A stretch of 64,000 bases of DNA from Chlorokybus atmophyticus. Taxonomy: Eukaryota > Plantae > Mesostigma and Chlorokybus algae. The notes beneath the pieces were generated by a model. It made no database searches and was not told where the DNA came from. It saw nothing but the letters and a program-made list of their open reading frames with translations. The first letter of the stretch is position 1. The number at the start of each line of letters is the position of its first letter. Below, in pieces: positions 1 to 11,363 of the stretch. A program made the translations under genes and the position numbers. The stretch lies in assembly GCA_009103225.1 (NCBI GenBank), contig RHPI01003156.1, positions 740,159-804,158 of the forward strand. Direction: 5' to 3'.

Positions 1-348
1 AATACCCATTCTCCCGCCCCCAACAGTGCTGCAGGCACGTGATCGCACTCTGGCCGCTCCGGCCTGGCCCCTGCGGCGGGCGGGTGATCGCGGGTGCCAG
101 GCCAGGCCGGGCCAGGCTTGTACTTGGCCAGAAACCAGGTCTAGGCCAAGGAGGCTATTCTGCTACTAGTGGTAGCCTACCACAACAAATACAGTTGCCT
201 CCTTACTAGTCTACTACGCCGCCGCTGGCCGAGCCTAGCTGGGCCAGAGCAACGGACCAGGCCGCATCCAACCTGGTAGCCCAGCCTCCGCCCAGCCTGC
301 ACCAATCTGGCCTAGCCTGGTGTGTGACTGGTCTCCTCCATCACAGTC

Positions 349-3300
349 ATGGAGTGGCAGCCGCTGGGCCTCCTGGCCGCCGCCGGCGGGGAGGAGGCGG
401 CGGACCAGCTGCTGCTGGCGGTCCGGACGGCCCTGGGACCGCTGCTGCAGAGCGCCGGAGGAGGACGAGGTGTAGGAGGAGAAGGAAGAGGAGATAACGG
501 CCAAGAGATCCTCAGACTCACCTGCTTGGCAGTTGGAGATTTGCAGCAGGTTGTGTCCTGCTGGTGGTATTGTTGGAGCACTACTAGTGCAAGATAGTAG
601 TAAGAGAAGTGGTAGCTATCATCTCTGTTGCTGTTGTTGTTGTCTGCGACTATGCATGTTTGGTATGAGGTTCTGTTGTTTTGATTATGTTTGAACGTAC
701 GGTTTTCTGATCTTTTTGAGAATGCATGCAGGATGCAGCGGGTGCGGAGCTCACGCCTGAGCTGTTGTGCAGACTAGTCACAGGTAACAGACTTCTTACA
801 CTGTGCGCACAACACTGCAGGCATTGGATGTGCAAGGCTCACAAACAAAGAACGTATAGACAGAGATCAGCATACACCTGTGTTGATACCCAATCTGATT
901 TATGTCTCAGCGCGGATGGATGCGGACAAGGCCGCATGCTTTGACGCCGAGAAGGCCCGTCGTGAAGCGGCCTTTGGTGAAGCCAACCGCCTGTTTGAGG
1001 TAGTGACCTTCATGCGACTGTGAACATGCAGATGCGTGCGTGTGCGTACGTGCATGCGGATAGGTGTGCAGGAGTGTACATGTGCTCGTGTGCCTGTGCG
1101 CATGTCTTCTTGTAAAAGTGTGCGCGCGTGTGCGTGTGCGTGTGTGTGAGCGCGTGTGTGCGCAGGTGCATATAAGTGCGAGTGCATGCATGTGTGCATG
1201 TCTGTGTCTGTGTCTGTGCATGCCTGTGCAGCACAAATACATACCCTCTCGCATTTTCTGTACAATAAAGAGAGACTCATTGCCACATACACACAGGAAG
1301 CCAAAGCTGATCTGGAGGCAGCGAGAGTGAAGCTGGCAGAGGCAGAAGCCAAGCAGGCAGCGAGTTCAGAAACAGTAAGCGCAGAGACCGCACCAGACAA
1401 CCCACCAGAGCCAATACCAGTAGCCAAAGAGAAGCCGAAAGACAAGCCCACTCCCGCAGCCGCTGCCGGAGCCAAACCCACAGCGAAAGGGAAGCCGATT
1501 CCAGAAGCCGTAGCCGAACCCGTGCTCACAATCCCGCAGCTCCAAGCCGATATTGACAAACATACCCAAACACTCCAACTAACACAACAACACAAAGACT
1601 CGGCAGAAAAAGCCCTCTCTGCCAGCTTCAGAGCAGTGTGGGTTTACTGGCTCGACGTATCGTCCTTCGCTCCCGACGCCAACGCGCTCGCCAACCTACT
1701 CGACCACGGCTTCCCCGTACACGCCGTCCTCGCGCTTAAGAACAACAACAATGTTGGGTCGATGCCTCAGTATGTGAAGGACCTCGTGCGCATGCAGCGG
1801 GCGAGCGCGGATGTTGGCGACGCCACTAGGCGTGTGGCGGTGGTGGAGGTGGATGTGGGCAAAGAGGAGGAGGAGGAGGAGAACAACAAGGAGGAGAAGC
1901 AGGAGGAAGAGGAGGGAAAGGAGGAGAAAGACAAGGACAAGGAGAAGGAGAAGGAGAAGGAGAAAGAGGTTGTGACTGAAGATGACGTGAAGAGGAATAC
2001 TGAGGGTGAGTTCACACCATGCAATACTACGTCGCGTGCGTGCGCGCGCGCGCGTGCGTGTGCGTGTTTGTGTGTGTGTGTGTGACATGTTGTGTGACAT
2101 GCGTGTACATATTTGTAAATGTGTGTGTGAGATGTTGCACTCATACATGTTTAAGTTCACCCCAACATTCTCTCCTTCTCTTTCACCCGCAGCCCTTCTG
2201 TCCCGCCTCCTCTCCTTCTCAAGTACTCAGCGCATCCACGCGTCATGGACGGCCCAGCGGCGCGTCGTGCCCGTCCCGTCGGCCCTGCCAACCGCGGACG
2301 TGGACGCGACGCGATACAGGAAGGTCGTCGGACGCGTACCCAACGCGTGCGCGAGCGTGCCCGTCGTACTGAACGCAATCCTGGAACAGGTGAGTAATAG
2401 AAGAGTTCATTACGAATGATTCGTACGTGTAGTAGTGAGATTGCTGCTGCCTGTGACTGCGACCAGTAGCAGCTTCTGTACTGATGGTACCAGCAGTAGT
2501 GGCGGTGGTGGTGCTGCCCATGTGACAATGCCTCCCCCCCTCCCCCCTCACACACACACACACGCGCGCATGCACACACTGTTGTAGCACATGGAAACAT
2601 CAGCAGTGGTCAGAATCACTGTTTGCTAGCAACAGTTTCACCACCATTGAGGGAGTCAGATGTGCAATCGGCAGCTGCTTGCAACCATAATGACTCTGAC
2701 TGGAAGTGTGCAGTTGGTGGTAGTGCTGTTGTTGCGAATTTGTATTGCTACTGGCACCGACAACAGTTTCAACAGTGGGAAAGACGGTAGCATGATAGCG
2801 GTAGTACAAAACGGTAGTGATAACAGTATCACAGGTAGGTGTGCTACCGCTACATTCATACACAGTTTATCAGTGTCTGCCATTATCTCAAGTGGCTTAC
2901 TTGTGGGCAGTAGGCCTGCGAACCAACAACACACTCCGACTTACCGACATGTTGTTTGGCAGGTAGCGTGGACCGAATGCGAGCCAACGGACGTACAAGC
3001 CGCCTACCAAGCCCAGGAGGCCGCCGACGTGGCCGCCTACATGGCCCGCGCCTTCCAACACCTCGGCACAACAACCACACCCACACCCACCACCACCACC
3101 ACCACCACACCCACACCCACACCCACCACTCTCCCCCTGCTTGTGCCTCTCGGCGACCCCGCCGCTCTCGCCCTCGCGCGCGCGGCGTCGCGATCGGGTG
3201 GACCCGCCGTGGACGACGCGCGCGATGCCGAGGCGCGGGTGTTGGGGACGGTGCTGAAGGCGTGCGGTAAGGAGGTGAAGGAGAAGGAGGAGGAGAAGGA

Positions 3301-5989
3301 GGAGAAGGAGGAGAAGGAGGAGGAGGAGGGAGAGGAGGAGGAGGAGGAGGAGGAGGAGGAGGGGGATGAAGAGCGTAAGGGCGCGAATGAGACGGCGCTT
3401 AGAGCGCACTGCACGCTGCCGTTGTCTCTTGTGCAACGCTATCGCCTGTTGGTAAGGACTTGTGTTACACAGTTACATCACACACACCCTGACATACACG
3501 CACGCACGCACGCCAACTACACTGCACTCCACAGAAAGCGTTCCAGAGGTTGGTGCCCGCGACGTTAAAGGACGTCGTGACTCGCCGTCGCCACGTAGTG
3601 GCTATGAACAAGTCCGCCCTCGCTGCGCGCATCGTCTCGGGCGCTCGCGGCCGCAACGTCAGAAAACACGCGTTTTACGCTCCCGAACACGCCACACTAA
3701 TCGCTCAGTACGATGATGATGGAGACATCAACAACAACAACAACTTAGAGTCCACATACCCACATCTCGTTGTCCCACATGAGCTCCCTCTCGGTGACTT
3801 TCACCACTCATTCAACCCGGAAAAGGACTCTTCTTTCTCTTCTCTCAATAAGGTGGTGTATGATATGGGTAAAGAGAGGGCGGGAGTGCGCACGCGAAGG
3901 GTGACACGTGGCCGTTGGCCCGGCGGGTACGCAAGGCATGAGGGGCGAGACACCACTATCGACACGTGTGAAGGACACGTGCTCGGCGTGCGCAAAGCCA
4001 CGCACGACGACGCCAACAAGAGAGAGGGATACCACTATCTCACCCTCTGTTGCGCGGACGGATACGAAGCCACACTATTCGTCACACGTGAAGGCGTGAG
4101 CCACCTTCAAATCGCCACACCCGACGGCCAGTACGTGGACGTGTCGTCAAGTGGACACGTCGTGCAATCACACCCGCGACCCAACAACAGGGCTGATGTT
4201 GGTGATAGTGACCAACACACACACACTTATGAGCTAGAGTGCTGCGTCGTGCCCTCCGGTGCGTTGGTCAAGCGCATGGCAGACGGGACGACGCAGGTCC
4301 TGCACCTCAATGGCAATGTCGCCGAGCGCGTTGTGGATGAACAGACGGGATTGCCGGCGTGGCACGTCACAAACAACGCCGGCCTGCGATGCGCTACGGT
4401 AAGCAGGAGATAGTGTTTGTGTACGTGCGTGCATGGGTGCGCGTGCGCGTGTGTGCATGTGTACGTGTGCACGCGCATGTGCTACCACCAACTATACTCA
4501 ACACTTGCCCAACATGGCCCATCAAATGCGACAGTACACTGGCACGCGGAGGATTATGGTGCCCATCACTGCTGAAGAATCCAATGTAGAAGGAGGAGTA
4601 GAGCCAACCACCGCTTCTTCTGTTGATACGCCTGCCGTGGACAGCATGCCAGCAGTTGCCACCGACAGTGGTGACAATGAGAAGGAGGTGGGTTTGGCAG
4701 GCCCACATGTTGCGCAGGAGAGAGAGGTGGAGGAGGAGTACAGCCGCGTCGGGGGCATGACGAGCGTCACGACGGTAACAGTGACGGATCCAGGTACGTG
4801 TGTGTGTGTGTAGGTGTGTGTAGGTGTGTATAAGCATGTGTGTGCCAGTGCACGTGCGCGTGTGCACGTGTGATGGCGTCATACATACACATGCTGTTAC
4901 TTGCAGATACTGGGGCGGTTGTGCGCACGCGGTCGGACCTCGTGATGGTTGTGGAGTACCCTGACGGACGCACACTTGTCAACCACGCCGGTATGCACAC
5001 ATACACACATTAACACCACACGCCCTTCTGTCTCCCTGTATTGCATACTGACTTGCGAGCTGCACGTGTACACGCGCAGACGGCACGCGCATGAGCACTT
5101 ACGGCAACCCCAGGCAGTTCCGCGTCGAGCGCGAGGGCTGCGCGACCGTGCACGCAACCGCATATGCCACAGCCGTCTACCTGGAGGGCCAACCTGACGA
5201 CGACAACAACAACAACAACAGGCTCATGGTTGCGTGGCATCCCGCCGACGGCTCCCTCGAGCTGTGTCTAACAGACGGCTCAAAACTCATAGCTCGCAAT
5301 GAGGTGAGTCTCACGCGCGAGTCTCTCATTCACACACGAAGTGAGTATTCTGCTGCACACAAACCAACATATACCCACAGAAATTGCTTTACGCTTCTCG
5401 CAACTCCGTCGAGTCCATCACCCACATTCGTGGCGTGCTCGACGCGCGTGTGGACGACGGCGAGCACACGCAAGGCTGCTGTCTCATCGACTTGGCTAAC
5501 GGCAGCGCGTGCGCGTGGACGATCGACGGCGACGGGTTCGACTTCACCGACACGTCTGAAGAGGGTGTGAACAACCACAACAACCACAACAACCACGACA
5601 ACAACAACAACGACGTGTCGCAGCTCGCGCCGCCGCCCCGACTCTTCCTCGTGTACCAAGATGGCGACGGGTATGAGCTGCTCGATGAAAGCGTATTCGC
5701 GAGGCAGATGGAAGAAGTGAAGAGAGAGGGGTCGGGATGGACTGTGACAGACGAGCCGGTGCTTGGAAGGTGCGTGTGCGTGTGCGTGTGCGTGTGCTGT
5801 GTCGGTTGTTGTATGTTGGTAGTTAAGTGAAGGTGGGAGTCATGTTGGGTGTTGTTGCGTGTAGTGAGGAGAGTAGTGTCCGCGCCTATACTTTGCTGAA
5901 GGAAGACCAGCACTGTCCCCCAGGACCCTCCCCTGTGCGGGTACAGGTGAGCACAGATTGTCACACAATAACAACAACAACAACAACAA

Positions 5990-6037
<48 letters not shown>

Positions 6038-8558
6038 CTCGCTGTTTCCATGCAGCCGCCGCGGCCACCTCGTCCCGCTTCAGCTCCAAGGGCTTTACCC
6101 ACTCTCTCCCTGCCGTCACGCCAGCACCCCACAAGCAAGCGACAACAACAACAACAACAACAAGTGCGCTCGTCGTCACGAGGGGCACCCTCCTCCATCG
6201 CCGACAGCGCCGACACACTCGGCAACGGCGGGTTGGACATCCCCGCCATCATCACGGAGGAGGACAACATTGACAACTACATGGACAACAACAACAACAA
6301 CATTGGAAGTGTCAGTGAGCCACCGGCCCTGCCACGCATTGCCGCACCACCCACAAGTAGTACACATAGTGGCACACATGGTAGCACACATGTTGGTGCA
6401 CGCACCCACATCAGAGCCACCCCGCCGATCGTGTTCGAGAGAGTCATCGAGTACGCGCTCATCACGCCTCGTGAGGTGGACTCGATCGAGGACTCGTTGA
6501 GCAAGTATGCTCGATGGCGGGCGGAGAGGCGTGCGCGGGACCGCGACAACAACAACAACAACAACGGGGTGGAGAGGGGAGGTGAAGAGCGTGAGAGTGA
6601 AGAGGAGGCCAGAGTGATGCAGATGATGAGGGTGAGAGCTTGTGTGGTCTGCACAACACTCTTGCGGCAAAGAGTATTGTGCACTAGTACTGATACTGAA
6701 GTTTATTGCGTGTAGACTTTGGGAGCTGAAAGAGCTGGTGATGCAGAAAAAAGGGCGCAATCGGCTGTGCGCAAAACAAGGGTCAGAGAGATGGAGGGTG
6801 TTGTTGGTAGTTGTTGTTGGGTCTAACATCATTGTCGTGCTTATGGCTCACAAGTCGGGCTGTCTTTACAGCAGCAGGCAGGAGAGAAAGCTTCCGCTGC
6901 TCCAAAGCCTTCCTCCTCACCCTCAACTACACATCAACAACAGCAGCAACAACCCAACAAAAGCACACAAGCAACCAACAAGCCCTCTAGCAAAACAACA
7001 ACAACAACAACGGCAGCAAAGACCACATCCTCCCCGCTAAAGTGGCACGGGAGTGACGAGGCACGTGTGTCGGCACAACATGCAGACGAGCGTGAGGCTG
7101 GAAGGTTGCTCGACAGCATGATAGCGAGTGTTGCCGACAGCTGCGCGAGCACGCCCGCGGGAAGTGTGCAGGGTGACGATGAACATGTTGAGGGAAGAGG
7201 AGAGGACGGGTGGGAGGCGGGTGAGAGCGCTGCGGGCAACAACATTGAAGGTGACAGAGGTGATGTGGACACGCCTGCGGATGGGTCGGCAGCGCAGACA
7301 GCGCTACTTCAGGTGAGGTTGTTGTGGACTTGTTGTCGGAGTGGAGTGGAGCCAAAGTGGGGAGTGTGTGGGTATAACGTGGCTGTGTGTTGTGTAAGCA
7401 GAGCAACATGCAGCTGTCGTACCGCGACTACATAAGCCCGATCACGTCGCCCAACCACATCAGGTCCCCAAAGTACGTGCAAAAGGAGGCTTTGTTGGCA
7501 ACACGAGTGAAAGGACTTTGCATCAATTCGACAGGTTATGTTGAGTAACTCATGTGTGTATGTGTAACAGGAAGAAGGAACATCCCCGCAGCGCGGTGTA
7601 CGACGTGTTCGGCAACCCTCGCAAGGCACCCTTGCCAATCACGTTGAAACACAAGTGCGTTAGCACCACACACACACACGCATCACGCATGCACACATCA
7701 ACAATGTGCTTTTCCAACCTCAGGAGGTCTGAAGCCACGCCCGCCTGCAACGAGCGGTACCTTGTGATTGAAGACTCGGCGAAGCGTCACTTGAGGACGA
7801 CGGCGGCCAACCTATTGGCTTCGCGGTTGGAGCCTTACGAAGTCCCGCAGCTGTTCTCGCTGTCTCCAGCGCACATATCGTTCGGGCTGGTGCGGCAGCA
7901 CGACGTGGTCACGCGCTCCGCGGCGCTCAAGAACGTGGGAGTTGAACCTGGCCGATTCAAAGTGAAGCAGCCGGTGGCGCCGTTTGCAGTCCACTACAAT
8001 ACGGGACCTGTGAGCACACAAGCGTACACACAAACACACATGCACATGCACACGCGCACGCGCACGCACGCACGCGCACACGCACAGATACGCTGTTCGC
8101 ACTCGTGAACAAACCAGCACACAGCAACTGGCATCAATAAACACACAACAACAAAACAAAAACCTCTCCCACAGGTGGTGCCCGGTATGCACGCGCGGTT
8201 GGAGGTTGAGGTTGAGGGCAAGCGCCCCGGTGACTACTACGGCGAGGTCGAGGTGACCACAGAGTACAACGTGTTCATGTTGACTCTCAGCGCGAGCGTG
8301 TTGGCTCCCGCCGCGTACGAGATGGCCACACTCGGCCGCATCGTCAACGCTGGCGGGGAAGATGTTGGTGAGAACGGGTCCGGTGCTGTGGAGAAAGTGA
8401 AGAGACCCGCCAACGCCTTCAGACAAGAGAGGAAGAAAGCTGCGGGGAAGGAAGAAGCAGGCAGGGCGGAGCAGCAGCGCAGCGTGCGTGACTGGGAGCT
8501 GGATGAAAGCATCACCTTGGAGGAGTTGCAACGCAGGCGGGCTGGGCTAAAAGATTGA
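349..8558 (+). CDS. SPAG17: Flagellar central-pair protein SPAG17/PF6 homologue (multi-exon; start codon uncertain)
   Basis: GT-AG-joined exons give SPAG17-like segments: DAAGAELTPELLCRLV, CVVPSGALVKRMADGTTQVLHLNGNV, VVEYPDGRTLVNHA, FLVYQDGDGYELL, and a C-terminal PapD-like block HISFGLVRQHDVVTRSAALKNVGVEPGRFKVKQP...YNTGPVVPGMHARLEVEVE. Stop TGA at 8556-8558. Family assignment is by motif recall, not database search. Confidence 0.8.
5969..6038 (+). repeat. (AAC)n microsatellite in a SPAG17 intron
   Basis: About 23 near-perfect AAC units between the donor gtgag (5947) and the acceptor tgcag (6055). Confidence 0.95.
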
Positions 8559-8865
8559 GTGGTCATTGTGCGCATTCTGTCAGAATACAACTCATTGAAC
8601 CGTCTGGCTGTAGATGCGACTTTCACAACTACTTTAGGCACCATTTATTTCAAACAACTTGTTTGTGTGAGATGGGCCATTGCTTGAACACATGACAAGA
8701 CACACCATTGCAACATTTGCTGCAGCGCAACATGTTGGCATGGAAGTCCAGCAGCACGCTCTCCGCCCAGCTAAACATAATTAAGCAAACAATCACCCCA
8801 ATACCAACACAGTTGCCTAACCCAACAAACCAGACCAGATATAGTACACTACAGACACTGGCAAG

Positions 8866-10744
8866 CTACTCTTTGACATCTGTGATACCCTCTGCGCACA
8901 CCATAAACCGCGCATCTTCCTCCGGCAAGTGCGGGCTGCAGACAAGCCTTGCAATGCGCTCTTCTCCGCGGCCCTTTCTTAGGGCCAAACTGCAGTACAA
9001 GCCGGTAAGCTCAGAATAAAGGCACACATCCTCAAGCACTTGCCAGTGTTTTGCGTGCCTGCATGCTTGCCAGCATGCAATCACAACAATATGAGACTGG
9101 CACTAGGTGATGATGCCTACCGGTAGGTGGATGCGTGTGCAATAATGTTGCCACCTATGGGTTTCACTTGAGGGCCAGAGAAAGCCATAGCGGCATCGAC
9201 TGTTGCCACCACTTGGTTGGTTATGACAATCGCAGCACCAAACTGCAAGAAGAGACAAGTGGTTGGGGCCAACCGTGCAAAACTCAACAGGCTGTGTTTG
9301 TTCTCAAGTTTCAGCTCTACTAGCCATACCGCTTCACCCAGGCGTTGCAGGGAGCGCAGAAACTTGCCAAGCTGCACCTGCCTGTCGGCAAGCTCTCCCC
9401 TGCCTGTGTACTCCACACGGAACAAAGACGTGACGCTGTCCACAATGACGACGGATATCCTGCGCGAAAACATATCCACTCGCAGTCAAAACCAACAGAT
9501 ACAATCCTCGAATGGACAGTAATTGTCGCAGAATGCTTGCTCTAAACGAAGTACTTCCAGCGCAACGTGCACGATATGCTGAGGCACATACCTTGAGGAA
9601 GCCATGAGATTGGCAGCTTCCACCAGTAACGACTGTTGGTGTTCTGTTGTTAAAGCACGGGCGTAGACGACATTGTCCAGGGCCTGCTGTGCATCTATGC
9701 GATACCTGAATGCACGCAAATGCATTCCATAGCGTATCCACAAGATGGACAATTATCTACCCGTTCGTCAGCAGTGTTCAAAACCACTGTACCTGTCTGC
9801 TATTTGCACCAAGCGCTCTGGTCGGAATGACCCCTCCGTATCAATGTAAAGCGCTTTGCCTTCACTTCCGCCATCCTTGATCTCTATCTGCACAGCAGGC
9901 AACCATAATTCCTTCACTGCAAATTATTGGACTTGTGTCATACTGCTTGCCGGGTCAGCAACAAACCAAACCTGTGCGGTGATACAAAGGTTGTGGCAGA
10001 TCTGCGTCTTGCCAGTTCTGAACTCTCCGTAAATCTCTGTTATGCTCCCTGACTCCACCCCCCCTGAAGAAACAACAATCACAACAGGGCGACCCTCACA
10101 AGCACAATGCAGCCAGTTGCAGCATGAACATTGATGCTTTTTACACCCAATTTCATACCTCCGAGCAATTTGTCAAGTTCCCTTGAGCCTGTGGAGATGA
10201 GGATGATCTCTTTCCGTATCTGAAATATGCTGGTTGCGCAAGTGAACCCCCTGGGCACGATCTTGAACACTGCGGCCGAACCACATCCGCATGTTCATGC
10301 ATTATGCATACGCAAGCATGCATTTTGAATACTCATATGCATGCGTGCTGGTGAACGGGATGCAAGTTGGCCAAAGACATACACTACCAGCAGCAAGGAC
10401 TTTTTCCGCCTTCTGCTCGCTGAAGCCCTTGATCTTCACGAGTTCACGGCGGGTGGCGTATGCTACGGACTCTACTGAGGTCAGGCCGACGTCGTGCAGC
10501 CGCTTTAAGTCCGCCGCAGCAATGCCATGTGACTACGCAACCCACAGAGCAAAGAAATGAGTGCAGTAGGTGATGGCTGCGTACACAAGCTGCAGCGATG
10601 ACGGTCACATCACCGATCTAAGCATGAACAGCAACGGCTTGCCTCCAGCGCACTGAGCGGCGTGCACCCAGGAGCGCCATCCTCCTGCTGCTGGTCCTCG
10701 TGCACTTGCTGTTGATCGCGGTGGGCCTCATGCTCAGCCTGCAT
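8866..10744 (-). CDS. RAD51: RAD51-family recombinase (multi-exon)
   Basis: Exons read [12 protein letters not shown]..., [25 protein letters not shown], Walker [22 protein letters not shown], Walker [33 protein letters not shown]...[13 protein letters not shown] and [12 protein letters not shown]...GITDVKE*. The C-terminus is RAD51-type rather than DMC1-type. Confidence 0.9.
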
Positions 10745-10829
10745 TCTGACTTTCGCTCACTCACTCGCCCTTCAAATCAAGCGCCGCCGCCGCTGCCAAC
10801 GATGACAATACCACCACCGCCGCCGCCGC

Positions 10830-10853
10830 AAACCCTAAGCAAGCCAAACCCTA
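10830..10853 (+). promoter_or_regulatory. Two telo-box motifs (AAACCCTA) upstream of RAD51
   Basis: AAACCCTAA at 10830-10838 and AAACCCTA at 10846-10853, about 90-110 bp upstream of the RAD51 ATG. Confidence 0.55.
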
Positions 10854-10930
10854 TGTTTCAAATACTTCGAAAAAAAGGGCGCGAGTGTGAATCACAACGG
10901 CGTTCACTGATCCAGGTCAGCGACGCGGAT

Positions 10931-11219
10931 TGTAGCGACGCAATGCTTATTATCAGTGTCCTGATTAGCGCCGCATTATCAACATGCTCTTAGTCAGCCA
11001 GCGAGGCCACGCGCCTCAATAGAATGCACAGTAGATATCGCATTAGCCAATAGCATGCTTTTTTTCTCATAAGCTTGTACTAGCTACATGCCACACTTGA
11101 GCCCTATTTAAGCGGGCCCTTTCTATTCCATTAATTCAGTCTTGCTTATTATCACCTGCTCAGTGTGGCTTGCTATATGCATGTGAGATGCCGCCGTTAT
11201 AGTGAGTGCCGACATTACA
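10931..11219 (+). repeat. 5' LTR
   Basis: TGTAGCGACG...GACATTACA; differs from the 3' LTR at 2 positions. Confidence 0.97.
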
Positions 11220-11220
11220 T

Positions 11221-11234
11221 TGGTGGAGACGCGG
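11221..11234 (+). other. Primer-binding site, tRNA-Ala-like
   Basis: TGGTGGAGACGCGG lies 1 nt after the LTR. Its reverse complement CCGCGTCTCCACCA matches the 3' end typical of eukaryotic cytosolic tRNA-Ala (from recall). Confidence 0.7.
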
Positions 11235-11363
11235 ATTGAGTGCCTTTTCACCACTCACCGCCCCTGCTTACGACAATTCAGTTATATATTGTCACCGATT
11301 TTATTCTTTTTTCTGTTACCGGCTCCGGCATTTTATCTTTATTTTCAGTCAACGTTGACCTTC

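Noticed and set aside
900-8221. Many long six-frame ORFs rich in C/V/H/T/L/S on both strands
   Set aside because: They are translations of intronic microsatellites or antisense shadows of SPAG17 exons.
11202-11363. ORF-track extension of gag upstream of ATG 11364
   Set aside because: It starts at a GTG inside the LTR and crosses the PBS and a T-rich leader, so it is not a plausible N-terminus.
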